Shown in pieces: positions 39,318 through 53,465 of a stretch of DNA of 64,000 nucleotides (its first letter is position 1; each line of letters opens with the position of its first letter). The translations under genes were made by a program, and so were the position numbers. The notes beneath the pieces were generated by a model. The model did no database searches. It worked only from the letters and a program-made list of their open reading frames with translations, and was not told the origin of the DNA. The DNA comes from Felis catus (Eukaryota), in contig NC_058368.1 of NCBI RefSeq assembly GCF_018350175.1, forward strand, positions 17,114,001-17,178,000, written 5' to 3'.

Positions 39318-40148
39318 TAATCCTACAAGGAAGATATTTTAGCCTCACTTTTTAAATGAAAAGACATATGTTTACAGAATTTAAACAAGAGACTCACAGA
39401 CAGAAATTCATGGCATTACCAAATTTTGAACAGATGTCATATGACTCTAATGCCCATATGTGTGCACCTCTGAAGTCTGGCATCCCTGGTCTCGTGAGCA
39501 TTGGGCTAGGACCTCACACTCTTGAGGGCACCTGCCTGCACACTGGGCCTCTACTCGCTTCTGCACTTCCACTTAGGAAAGCAGGTCCTCAGTTGCTCTC
39601 CCTGCCCCCACACTGAAGCATACAGTCCCTGGTGGGCTGGGTCCAGGCCCACCCACAACGACACCCTCCCTCCTAATTGTGCCTCAGCGCCTTCCCTGAG
39701 CCTGCACAGTGCTCCTGGAAATGCCTTGTAATTGAAAGGTTTGCACGCTTCCCGGGCGGCGCTCAGGAAACAGTAGCATTAAACTTGACATTCTTAATTC
39801 ACCTGACCCCATCCCAGTGTGTTCACTATACAATTGAGAGTTTGGACTGGATGACTTAGTTGACTGAAAGCCAGTCTTACCTCCTGGGCTTTCACTTCTG
39901 AGACAGAACTTTCAAGTCCCCAGCTCTACTCTCTCAAGTTCTATGGGCTCTCCTCTGCCTTTCAGGAAGTTATTGTCTTAGTAATTCATCCTTCCCATTC
40001 AGCCGTACTTCATGAAAATTTCTGTGTATCCCAGGCTTGGCTTTCAGGATTTAAAGGAAAGCCTTTCTTCATTCAATAAAATCGATTTTTACAAATTAAA
40101 AGCACTTGCTTTTAGACTATGATTTTCCTACATACTTAAAAACTGTAC

Positions 40149-40364
40149 TTTCTTTTTTTTAAGTTTATTTATTTATTTTGAGAGAGAGAGAGAGAGAGAA
40201 AGCACGAGTGAGGGAGGGGCAGAGAGACAGGGAGAAGGGAAGAATTCCAGGCAGGCTCAGCACTGTCAGAGCAGAGCCCAATGGGGGGCTTGAACTCAGG
40301 ATCCATGAGATCATAACCTGAGTCAGAGTCAGACACTAAACCAACTGAGCCACCCAAGGGCCCC
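40149..40364 (-). mobile_element. CAN-SINE
   Basis: TSD AAACTGTACT. Confidence 0.92.
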
Positions 40365-40579
40365 AAACTGTACTCCTTTTAAACCTCAAAGCAATTTTTT
40401 CCTTGTGTCAAGGGTCTTCACTTTCACTGGGGGAGGGCCACAAGATATTTAAGGACTGAGAAAACTGTTATAATAAATAAAGATGTCGATTGAACATTTA
40501 TCAAAAAATTCATCCCCAATATTCTAAACTTTACTTGTTCATTTTCAAAAGTACATCAAGTTTATTCAAACAAAATTTA

Positions 40580-40777
40580 GCGGCACGTGGGTGTCTTGGT
40601 CAGTTAAGCATCAGACTCTTGATTTCAGCTCAGGTCATGATCTCATGGTTGTGAGTTCCAGCCCCACATCTGCACTGCGTGTGGAGCTTGCTCATGATTG
40701 TCCCCCTCCCCTCTCTCTGCCCCTCCCTTGCTCTCTCTCTCTCTCTCTCTCTCTCAAATAAATAAATAAATAAATAA
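40580..40777 (+). mobile_element. CAN-SINE
   Basis: Head, (CT)n, (AAAT)n tail. Confidence 0.9.
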
Positions 40778-41165
40778 GTGTTTTTTGAAGTTTTTTTTTT
40801 CATTTGGTTTTGTTTAAAAAGTCATAACAGACCTTCAATATTATTTAAAGTAATAGTTCCTTGATATCATCATATATCCCTTAAAACAGCATCTGTGGGA
40901 GACAAATAGGAATTATTGGCCTAAGAACTGTGAAAACACAATAGACTATAAAATACCTCAAATTAGGTCATCTGAAGCTTTAGACTATATTTCATGCAAT
41001 TTTCATTGCTCAGAAAATTTATGAAAAAGATAGTTGCAAACTCTAAGCCTTTAACCACAATTATACACATAAATAAAGTTTATTCTACACAATGGCCCCT
41101 TTCAATATATATATATTCAGTATTAGAACTACTGAAGATCCATATTTCATTTTTAAAAATCTGTC

Positions 41166-42034
41166 CATGAGTAGACATTTTTCTGAAGAAGACATCCAGA
41201 TGGCCAGGAGACACATGAAAAGATGCTCAACATCACTCATCATCAGGGAAATACAAATCAAAACCATAATGAGATAATACCTGATACCTGTCAAAATAGC
41301 TAAAATTAACAACACAGGAGAAAGCAGACATTGGTGAGGATGCAGAGAAAAGGAAACACTCTTACACTGTTGCTAGGAATGCAAACTGATACAGCCACTC
41401 TGGAAAACAGTATGGAGGTTCCTCAAAGTATTAAAAATAGAGCTACCCTGCAACCCAACAATTGCAGTACTAGGTTTTTAGTCTAAGGATGCAAAAATAC
41501 TGATTCAAGGGGTCACATGCACCCAATGTTTACAGCATTATCAACAATAGCCAAACTATGGAGAGATCCCAAATGTCCATCAACTGACGAATGGATAAAG
41601 AGGATGTTGTATATCTATACAATGGAATATTACTCAGCCATCAAAATGAATGAAATCTTGCCATTTGCAATGACATGGATGGAACTAGAGTGTATTATGC
41701 TAAGCGAAATAAGTCAGTCAGAGAAAGACAAATACCGTATGATTTCAGTCATATGTAGAATTAAAACATAAATATAGGAGAAGGGGAAGGGGAGGGAGGA
41801 AAGCAAACCATAAGAGACTCTTAATGAAAGAGAACAAACTGAGGGTTGATGGAAGTAGGTGGGTAGAGGATGAGCCAAATGGGTGATGGGTATTAAGGAG
41901 GTCACTTGTGTTGAGTACTAGGTGTCATATGTACGAGATGAGTCACTGGGTTCTACTCCTGAAGCCAAGATTACACTATATGTTAACTAACTAGAATTTA
42001 AATAAAAATTTGAAAAAAACAAAACAAACAAAAA
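41166..42034 (+). mobile_element. Carnivore LINE-1 3' fragment
   Basis: ORF2 C-terminus ([22 protein letters not shown]...; MELECIMLSEISQSEKDKY), 3' UTR, A tail. Confidence 0.94.
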
Positions 42035-42862
42035 GCTGCTAAAAAGCTTTTATGTAAAATTGACTATAATGATGATTGCTCTTATCTATGAATGTACTAA
42101 AAATTATTACCCTATACACTTCAAATGGGTGAACTGTATGGGATATAAATTATCTATCTATATACAGATACATGTATGTCAATAATTTTTTAAAAAAGAC
42201 ATCACGTGTTATATTAGATAGTAGGCTATAAAGTTCAATTTAAAAAATTTTTACCCTTCAGGAATTAGGATTTTTACTCTACTGTTGTTCAAACCGTCAT
42301 TCTTCCCTGAGTGAATAAAACATACAAAAATTCTTGACCACGTGAAACTTACAAAGTAGTGAAAGGTGACAGAGAACAAGTAAATAAGTGAAACAAGCAA
42401 AATGGCAGATGGCTCCTTCAGCCACTAGATGTGGGAAACTGGGTTCCTGCCCCGGGCTCCAAGTTTTAGAAGCACCTATTCCATTCCTTCATTGGCCATT
42501 AACCTCTCCTCTGGGGAAGTGGTCCACAGAGTCAAGGGACTCTGAGGGTGGAGTGTCCACAGGCAATACCTGTGCATTACTACATGAGGAAGCTGAGGTA
42601 AGAAGAGAAATATGGAAGGCTGAGGTTCTCCTCTGTACTCTAGCCCCAAGCCCTGAAACATAAGAATGTGCACTTTGGATTGAATGCCATCAACTGGGCT
42701 ATTTTTAAGTCATTTTAAGGGGAGAAATGAACTTGTAGAAAAAATAGTAGTTGTGAATATAAGAATATAACTATTTCCCATTGCAATGTAAGTGAATTTT
42801 TGGTAGAGTTTCAGTTGATTTTTTCTGTGTAAAAATGACAACCTTTTTATTGTTCCATAGAA

Positions 42863-42957
42863 GGGGTGCCTGGTTGACTCGGTAGAGCATGTGACTCTTG
42901 ATTTTAGGGTTGTTGAGTTCAAGCCCCACATTGGGTGTAAAGCTTACTAAAAAAATC
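42863..42957 (+). mobile_element. Short tRNA-like carnivore SINE lacking the CT body
   Basis: ggggtgcctggttgactcggtagagcatgtgactcttg...gagttcaagccccacattgggtgta, then A tail. Confidence 0.85.
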
Positions 42958-43038
42958 ATTATTCCTCTATAGAGTATTTACTAGTTTTTCATCTATTAGC
43001 AACTTCATTTCAGCATCCCTGACTGTATATGCGTATGT

Positions 43039-43080
<42 letters not shown>
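43039..43080. repeat. (CA)n microsatellite
   Basis: CA run with a short CG interruption. Confidence 0.9.
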
Positions 43081-43082
<2 letters not shown>

Positions 43083-43699
43083 ACTTATATATATTACAAT
43101 TCTCCTTTGAACTTATAAGAACATCTTATTGGTTCCCTCACTAACTAATGAGTTAAATAAAATCTTTTTATTTGCACCCCAGCCATAATTTTACCTTTGT
43201 GAAAATTATACTTTAGAAAGAGTTTAATATTTAAACTACAGTGGTCAGGGAAAGTCTCACTGGTAAAGTGATATTTGGGCAAAACCTCAAGAAGGATAGA
43301 AAACCAGCAATTTAGTCATCTGGAATAAGAATATTCCAAGCATACAGAAAAGCAAACTCAAAGGTCCTAAGAGAGAAGACGTGAATGATGAGGAAAGAAA
43401 TTTATCCTTCCACGTCTCCACAGTCTACACAAGAAACAAACATTGCACGGACATGGACCATACACGTCTGGAGTGTATGTAACTCAAAAGCAAGGCATAC
43501 AAATTTTGGAGGGAACATAGCAAAAGGAATAACTGATTCTCGTTGGTCAAAGTGACAAAAGACTTTCCTAACAATGAACACTTGGTAAAAGTGGCAGATA
43601 ATCAGCAGTTTAATCATGCTGCTTTGCGAATTTCCCTTGTCTGGTCATTTTGAATAGAAGGTACAGTCAGGATAATTTTCTTTTTTAAAAACAAAAACT

Positions 43700-43917
43700 G
43701 GGGCGCCTGGGTGGCACAGTCGGTTAAGCGTCCAACTTCAGCCAGGTCACGATCTCGCGGTCCGTGAGTTCGAGCCCCGCGTCGGGCTCTGGGCTGATGG
43801 CTCAGAGCCTGGAGCCTGTTTCCGATTCTGTGTCTCCCTCTCTCTCTGCCCCTCCCCCATTCATGCTCTGTCTCTCTCTGTCCCAAAAATAAATAAAAAA
43901 AACGTTGAAAAAAAAAT
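43700..43917 (+). mobile_element. Young felid SINEC_Fc-type SINE
   Basis: Near-consensus; TSD TTAAAAACAAAAAC. Confidence 0.95.
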
Positions 43918-45586
43918 TTAAAAACAAAAACAATTTTATCCTAAATCATAAAAACATGAAATTTAAGAAATTAGTCTAAACATAAGTCACCTATTTGCAG
44001 AATTGTATTTACTAGCCAGCAGAGATTCTACAGGTTTCTTTCTAATGGAGTTTTGCCCTGAACTTCATACTAAAATCATCTTGAAAGTACTTACAGAAAA
44101 AAAATTCAAAACTAAGATACATTAACCTGGTCACCAAATCACTGAGATCTGAATAGTCAGATCAATTCACCATATTACATTTTAGGATGTATAGAGGAAA
44201 TTGCAATAAAAAGATATATAACTGAAAAAAACAGAGAGAAGTCATATTCTACTCAACAAAGTTTAGTATCTATAGTAATTGAGCAGTAAATGTCTTGCTT
44301 TACGTTTTGCCACAGAGACAAATAAAGCTCTGATGTAGTAAAGTTGATTTATGCGTGCAAAGCAGCTAATTTTTACTTCCTATTACTGGGGCAATATTCT
44401 CAGGGCCCCTTTAGGAATGTCAAACCACACATGAAAAGAAAATAAAAATTTCATCAGCAAGTCACTTTACATATTTTTGAAAGCTGATGGGGCAGGTTGT
44501 CTGACCAGTTTTTGCTCTATTTATATTCTTTTATGTGACAGATACCATTCTGACATTTTAAAACATTAGGCCAGAAGATGAAGACACAGACTGTTTTGAA
44601 ATGTTTGTCTGCATCTCCCAGCCTTTCCTTAAAATGTGTATTTGTTTTAGGCAGTGTAAATTCATGAACAGTTCCATAAAGAAGCATTTGTGTCCATGGT
44701 CACAAGCAGAATCAGAGTCCCTTCTATGTTTTTTCTATGTGGCTTTTCTTGTCAGCCTACAACAAAAGTAGACCCTTGACCTCCTCCCAGGAAACAGCAC
44801 AACAAAGCAGACACAAGACACCAAAGTGTACAAAGCACACCCTGACATAGGGCTTAAAGCATCATAATACAGTGAGAATCTCCATACTGACCCCATATTA
44901 GCTACATAGATATGGGTGCTGGTCTCCAGGAAGTGTCAGGGATCTAGGAAACAAGGATGAAGGGAATGATCAGAATAACATTGATTTCATTCATGACTGA
45001 CTAATGGCTAGAGTCACGAGTGCATCTTACTTGCAATGGTGGCAGGGAAGATCACCTGTGGGAAGAGGCTGTCAAAGGATGCTCTCAGGAAGCAAGAGAA
45101 AGAACAGAGAGATGAAAAGTGAAGAAAACAATAAGCAGCAAGGAAAAGGAGCTCTAATTTTTTTATATCTCTCAAACCCTGAGAAGAATCTACATACAAT
45201 TTGGCAATTTGGGATGCAGACAAGAAAGCAATAAGCCAGCACTGTGTGGGCACAGGATGTAGATGGCTGGCTTTCGGAATGGAGTTGATTTCAGGAAACT
45301 TCAAATCAGTTTTAAGACAGCTGGAATGCATGAGTCTCCTTCACTTTCAGGAATCCACAAAAAAAAAAAATGTGTCTTTGGGCAAAAGGTCAAAAATGAG
45401 GACCAAAGCTCCTGAGTTAACATTGTTCCTGATTTATGATGATTAAACTTGTTATATAGGTGTATTCAAGTCCAATTGACATGTTGGAAGGCAAACCACT
45501 CCCCAGTTCAGTGTCATGGATATTATACATAAAGCAAAATATCTGTAACATTCTTAATCCAGGTCATCTGAGGCATCAATAAAAGA

Positions 45587-45590
<4 letters not shown>

Positions 45591-45623
<33 letters not shown>
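45591..45623. repeat. (GT)n microsatellite
   Basis: About 16 units. Confidence 0.95.
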
Positions 45624-45625
<2 letters not shown>

Positions 45626-45775
45626 TTGAATTATACATAGGCATTAGTAGAAAATTATTTTTGATAGTGTCATATCTTGAACATTTTGATTTCAAAAAAG
45701 GAAATGGTCAATTTGGAGGAAGCAATAACCATCTTCAAAATTGAAGTTTTGAGTTACAGTGTTCTTTTGTCACGT

Positions 45776-47125
45776 TTCATTCATTAATTTATTCAACATA
45801 TTTTTATCAAATACCTAGTATGCCCCAAGCTGTGTTTAGGCATAGGGTCTACAGCAATAAAATAAACAGGAAAGTATTCTTGCAATGTAGGAGGGAAGAA
45901 AAGAATAAAGTATATAAAATGGAAGGTAAGAATAAGTGCCTTGAGGGAAAAAAAAAGTAGAAGAATGAAAACAGAGTTGGGGATTGCCTGAGAGTGGTAT
46001 GTTATTAACAGAAGCTGATCAAAGGAGATTGCTCTGATAAAGTGACACGGGAGCAAAACTTTGAAGGAAGCAAGGGAAAGGGTCGTAAGGATATTGAGGT
46101 GTGATGGCTTTTTTGATAGGACAGCTTGGCTAAGCTACTCTTTCCAGTTATTCAAACACTCATCTAGGTGCTACTGTGAAGTCATTTTCACGTGAAATTG
46201 AAGTCCACAGTGAGGTGACTTTAAAAAGAAAGACTATCCTAGATGATCTGGGTGAGCCTAACTTACTTAAGGAAGTTAGCCTAACTAACTTAAGGAAGAC
46301 CTTAAAAGCAAGGCTGAGACTTTCCAGAAAGAGAGAAGAAATTCTGCTTGAGAGGGGAAATTCTCAGCCCACACCTATAGAATTCCATCCCACTTATAAT
46401 CTTCCTTTCCAGACTGCCTGGCTTCTGGAATTGAGATGCTTAGCCAGCCCGATAATTGTCAATTCCTTTTAACCAAGATCTTTCTATCCAACTTATTCTG
46501 CTTCTTGTTGAGCCCTAACTGACACACAGGACAACATTCCAGGCAGCAGAAACAGGAGGTCTGGAAGTAAGAAGACATTTGGTAGGTTTGGGAGATGTAG
46601 AGGAGCCAACAGGGCTTCAGCAGAAGGAGCAGGAGGGAAAGACGGGAGAAATAATTTAGCTCCGGATACATGATGTGTAGATGCTTATTAGATACCAAAG
46701 TGGAGACATCAAATGGGTATTTGGAAATATCAGTTTAGGCCTTGGGGGTAATATCTGGATTAAAGTTGTACATTTGAGAATCATTGGTGTAGCATAATTT
46801 AAATCAATGAGAAAGATAAGCTTCAGGGGATCCAACACAGAGTTCAGTGGAAGATTGAGAAGGAGACCAAGGAGTGAGGCAGGAACAAACAAGACAAGGC
46901 GGTGGCCTAGAGACCAAGGAAAAGAGAACAACCAACGTTGTTGGGAGATGGGCTGATCCCAATGGCTGATTCCCGATGAGCACCAGGGAAGTCACTGTTG
47001 ACCTCAGTAGAAACAATTTTGGGGAGTGTTGGGATAAAAACCTGATGAAGTGGATCCAAGGGAATGGAGAAGGGAAGTGGAGACAGCAAGGATAGACAAC
47101 TATTTTCTTTTTCCAGGCAGTGAAT
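45776..47125 (-). mobile_element. L2 LINE interrupted by an MLT2 LTR
   Basis: ttcattcattaatttattcaacatattt (antisense L2 3' end); gcttattagataccaaagtggagacatc; tcactgttgacctc. Confidence 0.75.
46100..46525 (+). mobile_element. MLT2 (ERVL) solo LTR
   Basis: TG...CA termini; tgtgatgg...gcttggctaagctac...ctagatgatctgggtgagcc...ccctaactgacaca. Confidence 0.75.
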
Positions 47126-47269
47126 ATCACTTGGAGAAGTAATCCAGGTAGTTGGACGACCAGCGGAAATGCAAGATTATGAGAGTCAAATCTGGATCAT
47201 GTTTAATCACCTTGTCCTAAATTTTGGACAAATTTACATCCATTATTTGGCAGCCTGTCAGAGGTAGTT

Positions 47270-47812
47270 ATTTTTTTAATTTTTAAAATTATTTTAATTA
47301 AGACATAATTGACATGTAACATTGTGTTAGCTTTCGGTGTGTAATACAATGACTTGATATTATGTACATATTGCAAAATACCACAGTAAGTCTAGTTAAT
47401 GACCACCACCACACAATTAAAAATTATTTTTCCTGTAATGAAAGCTCTTTGAGATCTACTATCTTAGAAACTTTCACATGTATAACACAGTGTTGTTTAC
47501 AATTGCTACCATTCTGTACATTATATCCCCAAGATTTACTAATCTCATGCCTGAAAAGTTTGTATCTTTTGACTACCTTTACCCACTTCCTTCTCACTCC
47601 TTCCCTCACCTCTGGCAATTACCAATCTGTTCTCTGTATCTATGAGTTCAGTTGTTTTTTATTATTACATTCCACATATAAGTGAGGTTGGACTGTATTT
47701 GTCTCTCTCTGTCTGACTTATTTCACTTAGTATAATGCCCTCCTGGTCCATCCATATTATTACAATGGCAGGATTATAGCTGAATAATATTCCATTATAT
47801 ATATAGTGGAAC

Positions 47813-47895
<83 letters not shown>

Positions 47896-48560
47896 TATAC
47901 ACCATATCTTCTTTATCCATTCATCCATTATTCATGGACACTTAGGTTGTTTCCATGTCTTGGCTATTGTAAACAATAATGAACACAGGGATACAGATGT
48001 CTTTTCAAGATAGTGATTGCTTATCTTTTGATAAAATGCTCAGAAGTGCGATTGTTGGTTCGTATGGTAGTTCTATTCTAATTTTTTGAGAAACTCCACA
48101 CTATTTTTCATGGTAGCTGCACCAATTTACATTCCCACCACCGGTGCACAAGAGTTCTCTTTTCCCCACATCCTCTCCAACATCTGTTATTTCTTGTCTT
48201 TTTGAAAACACCCAATCTAGCAGGCATGAAGTGATAGCTCACCATGGTTTTGTTTGCATTTCCCTGATGATTAGTGCTACCAAGTAACTTTCCCTGTACC
48301 TATTGGCTATCTCTTGTCTTCTTTGGGAAAATGTTTATTCAGATCCCCCGCCCATTTTTAAATTGGACTCTTTTTTTTTCTATTGAGTTGTATGAATTCG
48401 CTATATATTTTGCATATTAACCCCTTATCAAATATATGATTTACAAAAATATTGTCTCATTTGGTAGGTTACCTTTTCATATTGTTGATAGCTTCCTTTG
48501 CTATACAGAAGCTTTTTGGTTTGATATAGTCTGACTTACTCATTTTTGCTTTTGTTCCCT
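47270..48560 (-). mobile_element. LINE-1 3' fragment with internal (TA)n(CA)n
   Basis: Antisense 3' UTR and ORF2 end; microsatellite at ~47815-47900. Confidence 0.92.
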
Positions 48561-49630
48561 CTAAAGGTAAAACTAAGGTATTCAACAAGCAATTTATTCA
48601 ATGCCACAACCTCAAATCCTTTCAGGAATGAGGAAGAACATGAAAATACATAAAAGTAAACATTAGATACTGTGACATTTTGCTATTCATAGGCCAAGTG
48701 TAAAACATAGATTATACGCTTTCCATAAAATAAAAATATGCTTCACATAAGCTTATGCTCAGAAGATATGATTTAACTGGCAATTAGATGGAGAATAAAA
48801 CATCTTTTGCAGTTTCAGAATTGCCTAAAAGTTTTTTATCCATTTTTATGCTTTGGAAAAGTTGGCTTGAAATGAAAAAAAAGAAATGTTTATATTTGAC
48901 TTCTTTGTCAAAATGTTTAAAGGCAGATAAGTCTTCAGGAAATATAACATGGTCCACTGCCAGTTAGAATGAATTAATGCTTCATTTTCCCCAGGAAGTA
49001 TCTCACATATGTTTCTAATATTTGTTCCTTTGGAATAATTCCATGCATTTGGTTCATGATCTCTCCTTTTTAGGTCTGCCTAGTCTAAAAGAGCTGAGCA
49101 TAGCTACTAAACCCAGGTGGTCTAGAAATCTTCATCACTGTTGAATTGTAGTTGACCCTAGTGCATGGTTGTGGATGTGATGTGAAACAAAACACACTGC
49201 TTTCTTTAAAGAAATCATGTAGACCACACAGTCCTACTTTTTTCCACTTAGAGATGCCTAAAGAGATGGATAAATGAATTTGGCTTCTTCAAAGAAAATG
49301 ATATGGCAACTTCCAATATAAACACAAAGTGTTATTCTCCAAGGAAAGCAGGTGGTGATAAATCTTTTTTGTGGTTTTGAAATCCAACTAAAGACAACCT
49401 GAATAAAAGTTCTAGACGTTTGAAGGGACTTATCCCTGTAATGTATTGGGGCTTTATTTCCATTTCTCTACTAAATTTTTGCCATTTGATTGAAAGCCAT
49501 GGATGCACAAATAAACGATCTTGGATTCATTTGACCATGCATGCACAAAACATGTATTCAGTGTTTATTCTGAAATATAGAATCCCTACCCTTATAAAGG
49601 CCACAGTCAAATGTGGAAGGCAACTAAAAC

Positions 49631-50550
49631 CACCTTACCAAAGAAAACATGCAGATTATAAATAAATATATGAAAAAGCGCTCTACATCATATGTCATTA
49701 GGAAAATGCAAATTAAAACAACACTGACATACTACTTCATACCTATGAGAATGATCACGGTTCAGAGCAATGCCAACACCAAATGCAGACAGGCACACGC
49801 AACAGCAGAAATTCATTCATTATTGCTCAGAACGCAAAACAGTGCAGCTACTTTAGAGGGCAGTGTGGCAGTTTCTTACAAAACTAAACCTATTCTTACC
49901 ATATGATCCAGCAATTGCACTTTGTGGTGTTGAACACTTAAATCCACACAAAAACCTGTGCAAGGATATTTATAGCAGTCTTATTCATAATTGCCAAAAC
50001 TTGAAAACAACCAAGATGCCCTTCAGTAGGTGAATAGATAACCAAACTGTGGTACATCCAGATAAAGGATTACTATTCATTGCTAAAAAGAAATGAGCTA
50101 TCAGGTCATGAAAAGACATGGGGAAACTTAATTGTGTGTTACCAAGTGAAAGAAGCCAGTCTAAAAAGGCAATATATTGTAGGATTACAACTATATAACA
50201 TCCTGGAAAAGGCAAAACTATGGAGATAGTTAAAAATATCAGTAGTTTCCAAGGCTTAGAGGGGAGGGAGTGTTGAACAAGTAAAGCACAGACCATTTTA
50301 GAGCAGTGAAATTACTCTGTATGATTCTGTAATGGCGGATACATGACATTATACACTTGTCCAAATCCATAGAATGCACACCACCAGGAGTGAACCATAA
50401 GGTAAACTATGTATTTTGTAACAAATGTTGCAAGCTGATGGGGGCTGTGCATAGGCAGGGGCAGGGCATATTCAGGAAATCCCTGTACTTTCTGTTTATT
50501 TTGCTGTGAACCTAAAACTGTCCTAAGAAATAAAGTCTATTTTAAAAAAG
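49631..50550 (+). mobile_element. Old LINE-1 3' fragment (L1MB/MC-like)
   Basis: MKKRSTSYVIRKMQIKTT...; ends ttgctgtgaacctaaaactgtcctaagaaataaagtctatt. Confidence 0.85.
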
Positions 50551-51227
50551 TAAAATTTGTCCCTGTTGTCTTTTGTTTTAAACTGTTGTATCAGGCTAGA
50601 TGGTCGAAAGAAAAATGCCCAACCATGTTCTTGAGCTAAAGAAGAAACACCGAGGAAGCTAGCTGCTACATGCATGGTTCAACTTCATGAGGAATGTACT
50701 GATAGAACATAAGGAATCAAGTGCTATATGTCACAAAACGCTTCCAGATATTTCCAGAGAATTCAGAGCAATAGAGAAACATTTGATTCATCTCAAAAGA
50801 CACTAAGACAAACTTATGCTCAGTAACCTTTAAAAATAGAAAAAGTTTCTTTTTTAAAAATGATGACAGCAACAAGAAAACAGGGACATTAGTGACATAA
50901 TACAATGTTGTACAGAGACAGCCCCCCCATAAATTCCTTCCCTCACATGGAGATAACATCAGTCGGTTAAACATTCCAAAAATGTCCTTGAGGCTTTTGT
51001 CTCATAAGGGCCTAGAATTTGTTGCCTTTCTAAGTAAGAGAGATTTCAGAGATCATAGTATCCCCATATTTCATCCCCTTTTCCCTCTTTATAGAAGAGG
51101 AAACTGAGCGTAGCACATTGTCTAGAGCTGGCCAAGGATAATGGCAGAATTAAAACTAGAAACCAAATTGTTTGCCACCCAGCCCAAAACTCTTTCTGCC
51201 TAATTATGACTCCCTTCAGTAAAAATG

Positions 51228-53465
51228 TTTTTAATTAAATGTATTGTCCAATTAGCTAACATACAGTGTGTAAAGTGTGCTCTTGGTTTTGGGGGTAGAT
51301 TCCCGTGGCTCATTGCTTACATACAACATCCGGTGCTCATCCCAACAAGTGCCCATCACCCCCTTTTCCCTCCCTCCCACCCCCCCATCCACCCTCAGTT
51401 TGTTCTCTGTATTTAAGAGTCTCTTATGGTTTGCCTCCCTCCTTCTCTGTTTGCAATTTTTTCCCCTTCCCCTTCCCCTCCCCCACGGTCTTCTGTTAAG
51501 TTTCTCAAGTTCCACACATGAGTGAAAACATATGATCTCTGTCTTTCTCTGACTGACTTATTCCACTTAGCATAATACCTTCCAGTTCCATCCATGTTGC
51601 TGCAAATGGCAGGATGTCATTCTTTCTCATTGCCAAGTAGTATTCCATTGTATATATAAACAACATCTTCTTTACCCATTCGTCAGTTGATGGACATTTA
51701 CACTCCTTCCATAATTTGGCTGTTGTTGGAAGTGCTGCTATAAACATTGGGGTACAAGTCCCCTATGCATCAGCACTCCTGTATCCTTTGGATGAATTTC
51801 TAGTAGTGCTATTGCTGGGTCGTAGGATAGTTCTATTTTGAATTTTTTTTTTTTTTTAATTTTTTTTTTCAGCGTTTATTTTTGGGACAGAGAGAGACAG
51901 AGCATGAACGGGGGAGGGACAGAGAGAGAGGGAGACACAGAATCGGAAACAGGCTCCAGGCTCTGAGCCATCAGCCCAGAGCCTGACGCGGGGCTCGAAC
52001 TCACGGACTGAGAGATCGTGACCTGGCTGAAGTCGGACGCTTAACCGACTGCGCCACCCAGGCGCCCCTCTATTTTGAATTTTTTGAGGAACCTCCACAC
52101 TGTATTCCAGAGTGGCTGCACCAGTTTGCATTCCCACCAACAGTGCAAGAGGGTTCCCCTTTCTCCACATCCTCTCCAACATCTATAATTTCCTCAGTTG
52201 TTAATTTTAGCCACTCTGACTGGTGTGAGGTGGTATGTCAGTGTGGTTTTGATTTGTATTTCTCTGATGTTGAGTGATGTTGAGCATCTTTTCATGTGTC
52301 TGTTGGCCATCTGGATGTCTTCTTTGAAAAAGTGTCTATTCATGTCTTCTGCCCATTTTTTCACTGCACTATTTGCTTTTTGAGTATTGAGTTTAGTAAG
52401 TTCTTTGTAAATTTGGATACTAACCCTTTATCTGATATGTCACTTGTAAATATCTTTTCCCATTTCATCAGTTGCCTTGTAGTTTTGTTGATTGTTTCCT
52501 TTGCAGTGCAGAAGTTTTTATCTTAATGAGATCCCAATAGTTCAGTTTTGCTTTTAATTCCCTTGCCTTTGGAAACGCGTCGAGCAAGAAGTTGCTGTGG
52601 CTGAGGTAAAAGAGGTTGTTGCCTGCTTTCTTATCTAGGATTTTAATGATTTCCTGTCTAACATTTAGGTTTTTCATTCATTTTGAGTTTGTTTTTGTGT
52701 ATGGTGTAAGAAAGTGCTCTAGTTTCATTCTTCTGCATGTTGCTGTCCCATTCTCCCAGCACCATTTGCTAAAGAGACTGTCTTTTTTTTTCCATTGGTT
52801 ACTCTTTCCTGCTTTGTCAAAGAATAGTTGGCCATACATTTGTGGGTCCAATTCTGCATTCTCTATTCTATTCCATGGGTCAACGTGTCTATTTTTGTGC
52901 CAATACCATACTGTCTTGATGATTACAGCTTTGTAGTAGAGGCTAAAGTCTGGGATTGTGATGCCTCCTGCTTTGGTTTCCTTTTTCAACATTACTTTGG
53001 CTATTTGGGGTCTTTTGTGGTTCCATATAAATTTTGGGATTGTTTGTCCTAGCTTTTAGAAGAATGTTGGTGCAATTTTGATTGGGATTACATTGAATGT
53101 GTAGATTGCTTTGGGTAGTGTTGACATTTTCACAATATTTATTCTTCCAATCCATGAGCATGGAATGTTTTTCCATTTCTTTGTGTCTTCTTCAATTTCC
53201 TTCATAAGTTTTCTATAGTTTTCAGCATACAGATCTTTTACATCTTTGGTTAGGTTTATTCCTAGGTATTTTATGGTTCTTGGTGCAATTGTTCTTATCC
53301 TTTCTTTTATTAATGTGATGTATCACATTGATTGATTTGCAAATATTGAACCAACCCTGCAGCCCAGGAATGAATCCCCACTTGATCATGGTGAATAATT
53401 CTTTTTATATGCTATTGAATTCAATTTGCTAGTATCCTGTTGAGAATTTTTGCATCCATGTTCAT
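51228..53465 (-). mobile_element. Felid LINE-1, 3' ~2 kb, with an internal deletion and a nested SINE
   Basis: ORF2 fragments ([37 protein letters not shown]); frameshifted. Confidence 0.95.
51843..52068 (-). mobile_element. Young SINEC_Fc-type SINE inside the L1
   Basis: TSD TCTATTTTGAATTTTT at 51832 and 52069. Confidence 0.96.

Noticed and set aside
42863..42945. Possible tRNA gene
   Set aside because: It is a tRNA-derived SINE head with an A tail, and no convincing cloverleaf or acceptor stem.
43423..43475. Possible 51-nt plus-strand exon
   Set aside because: Weak donor (AGT|GTATGT) and no recognisable peptide in any frame.
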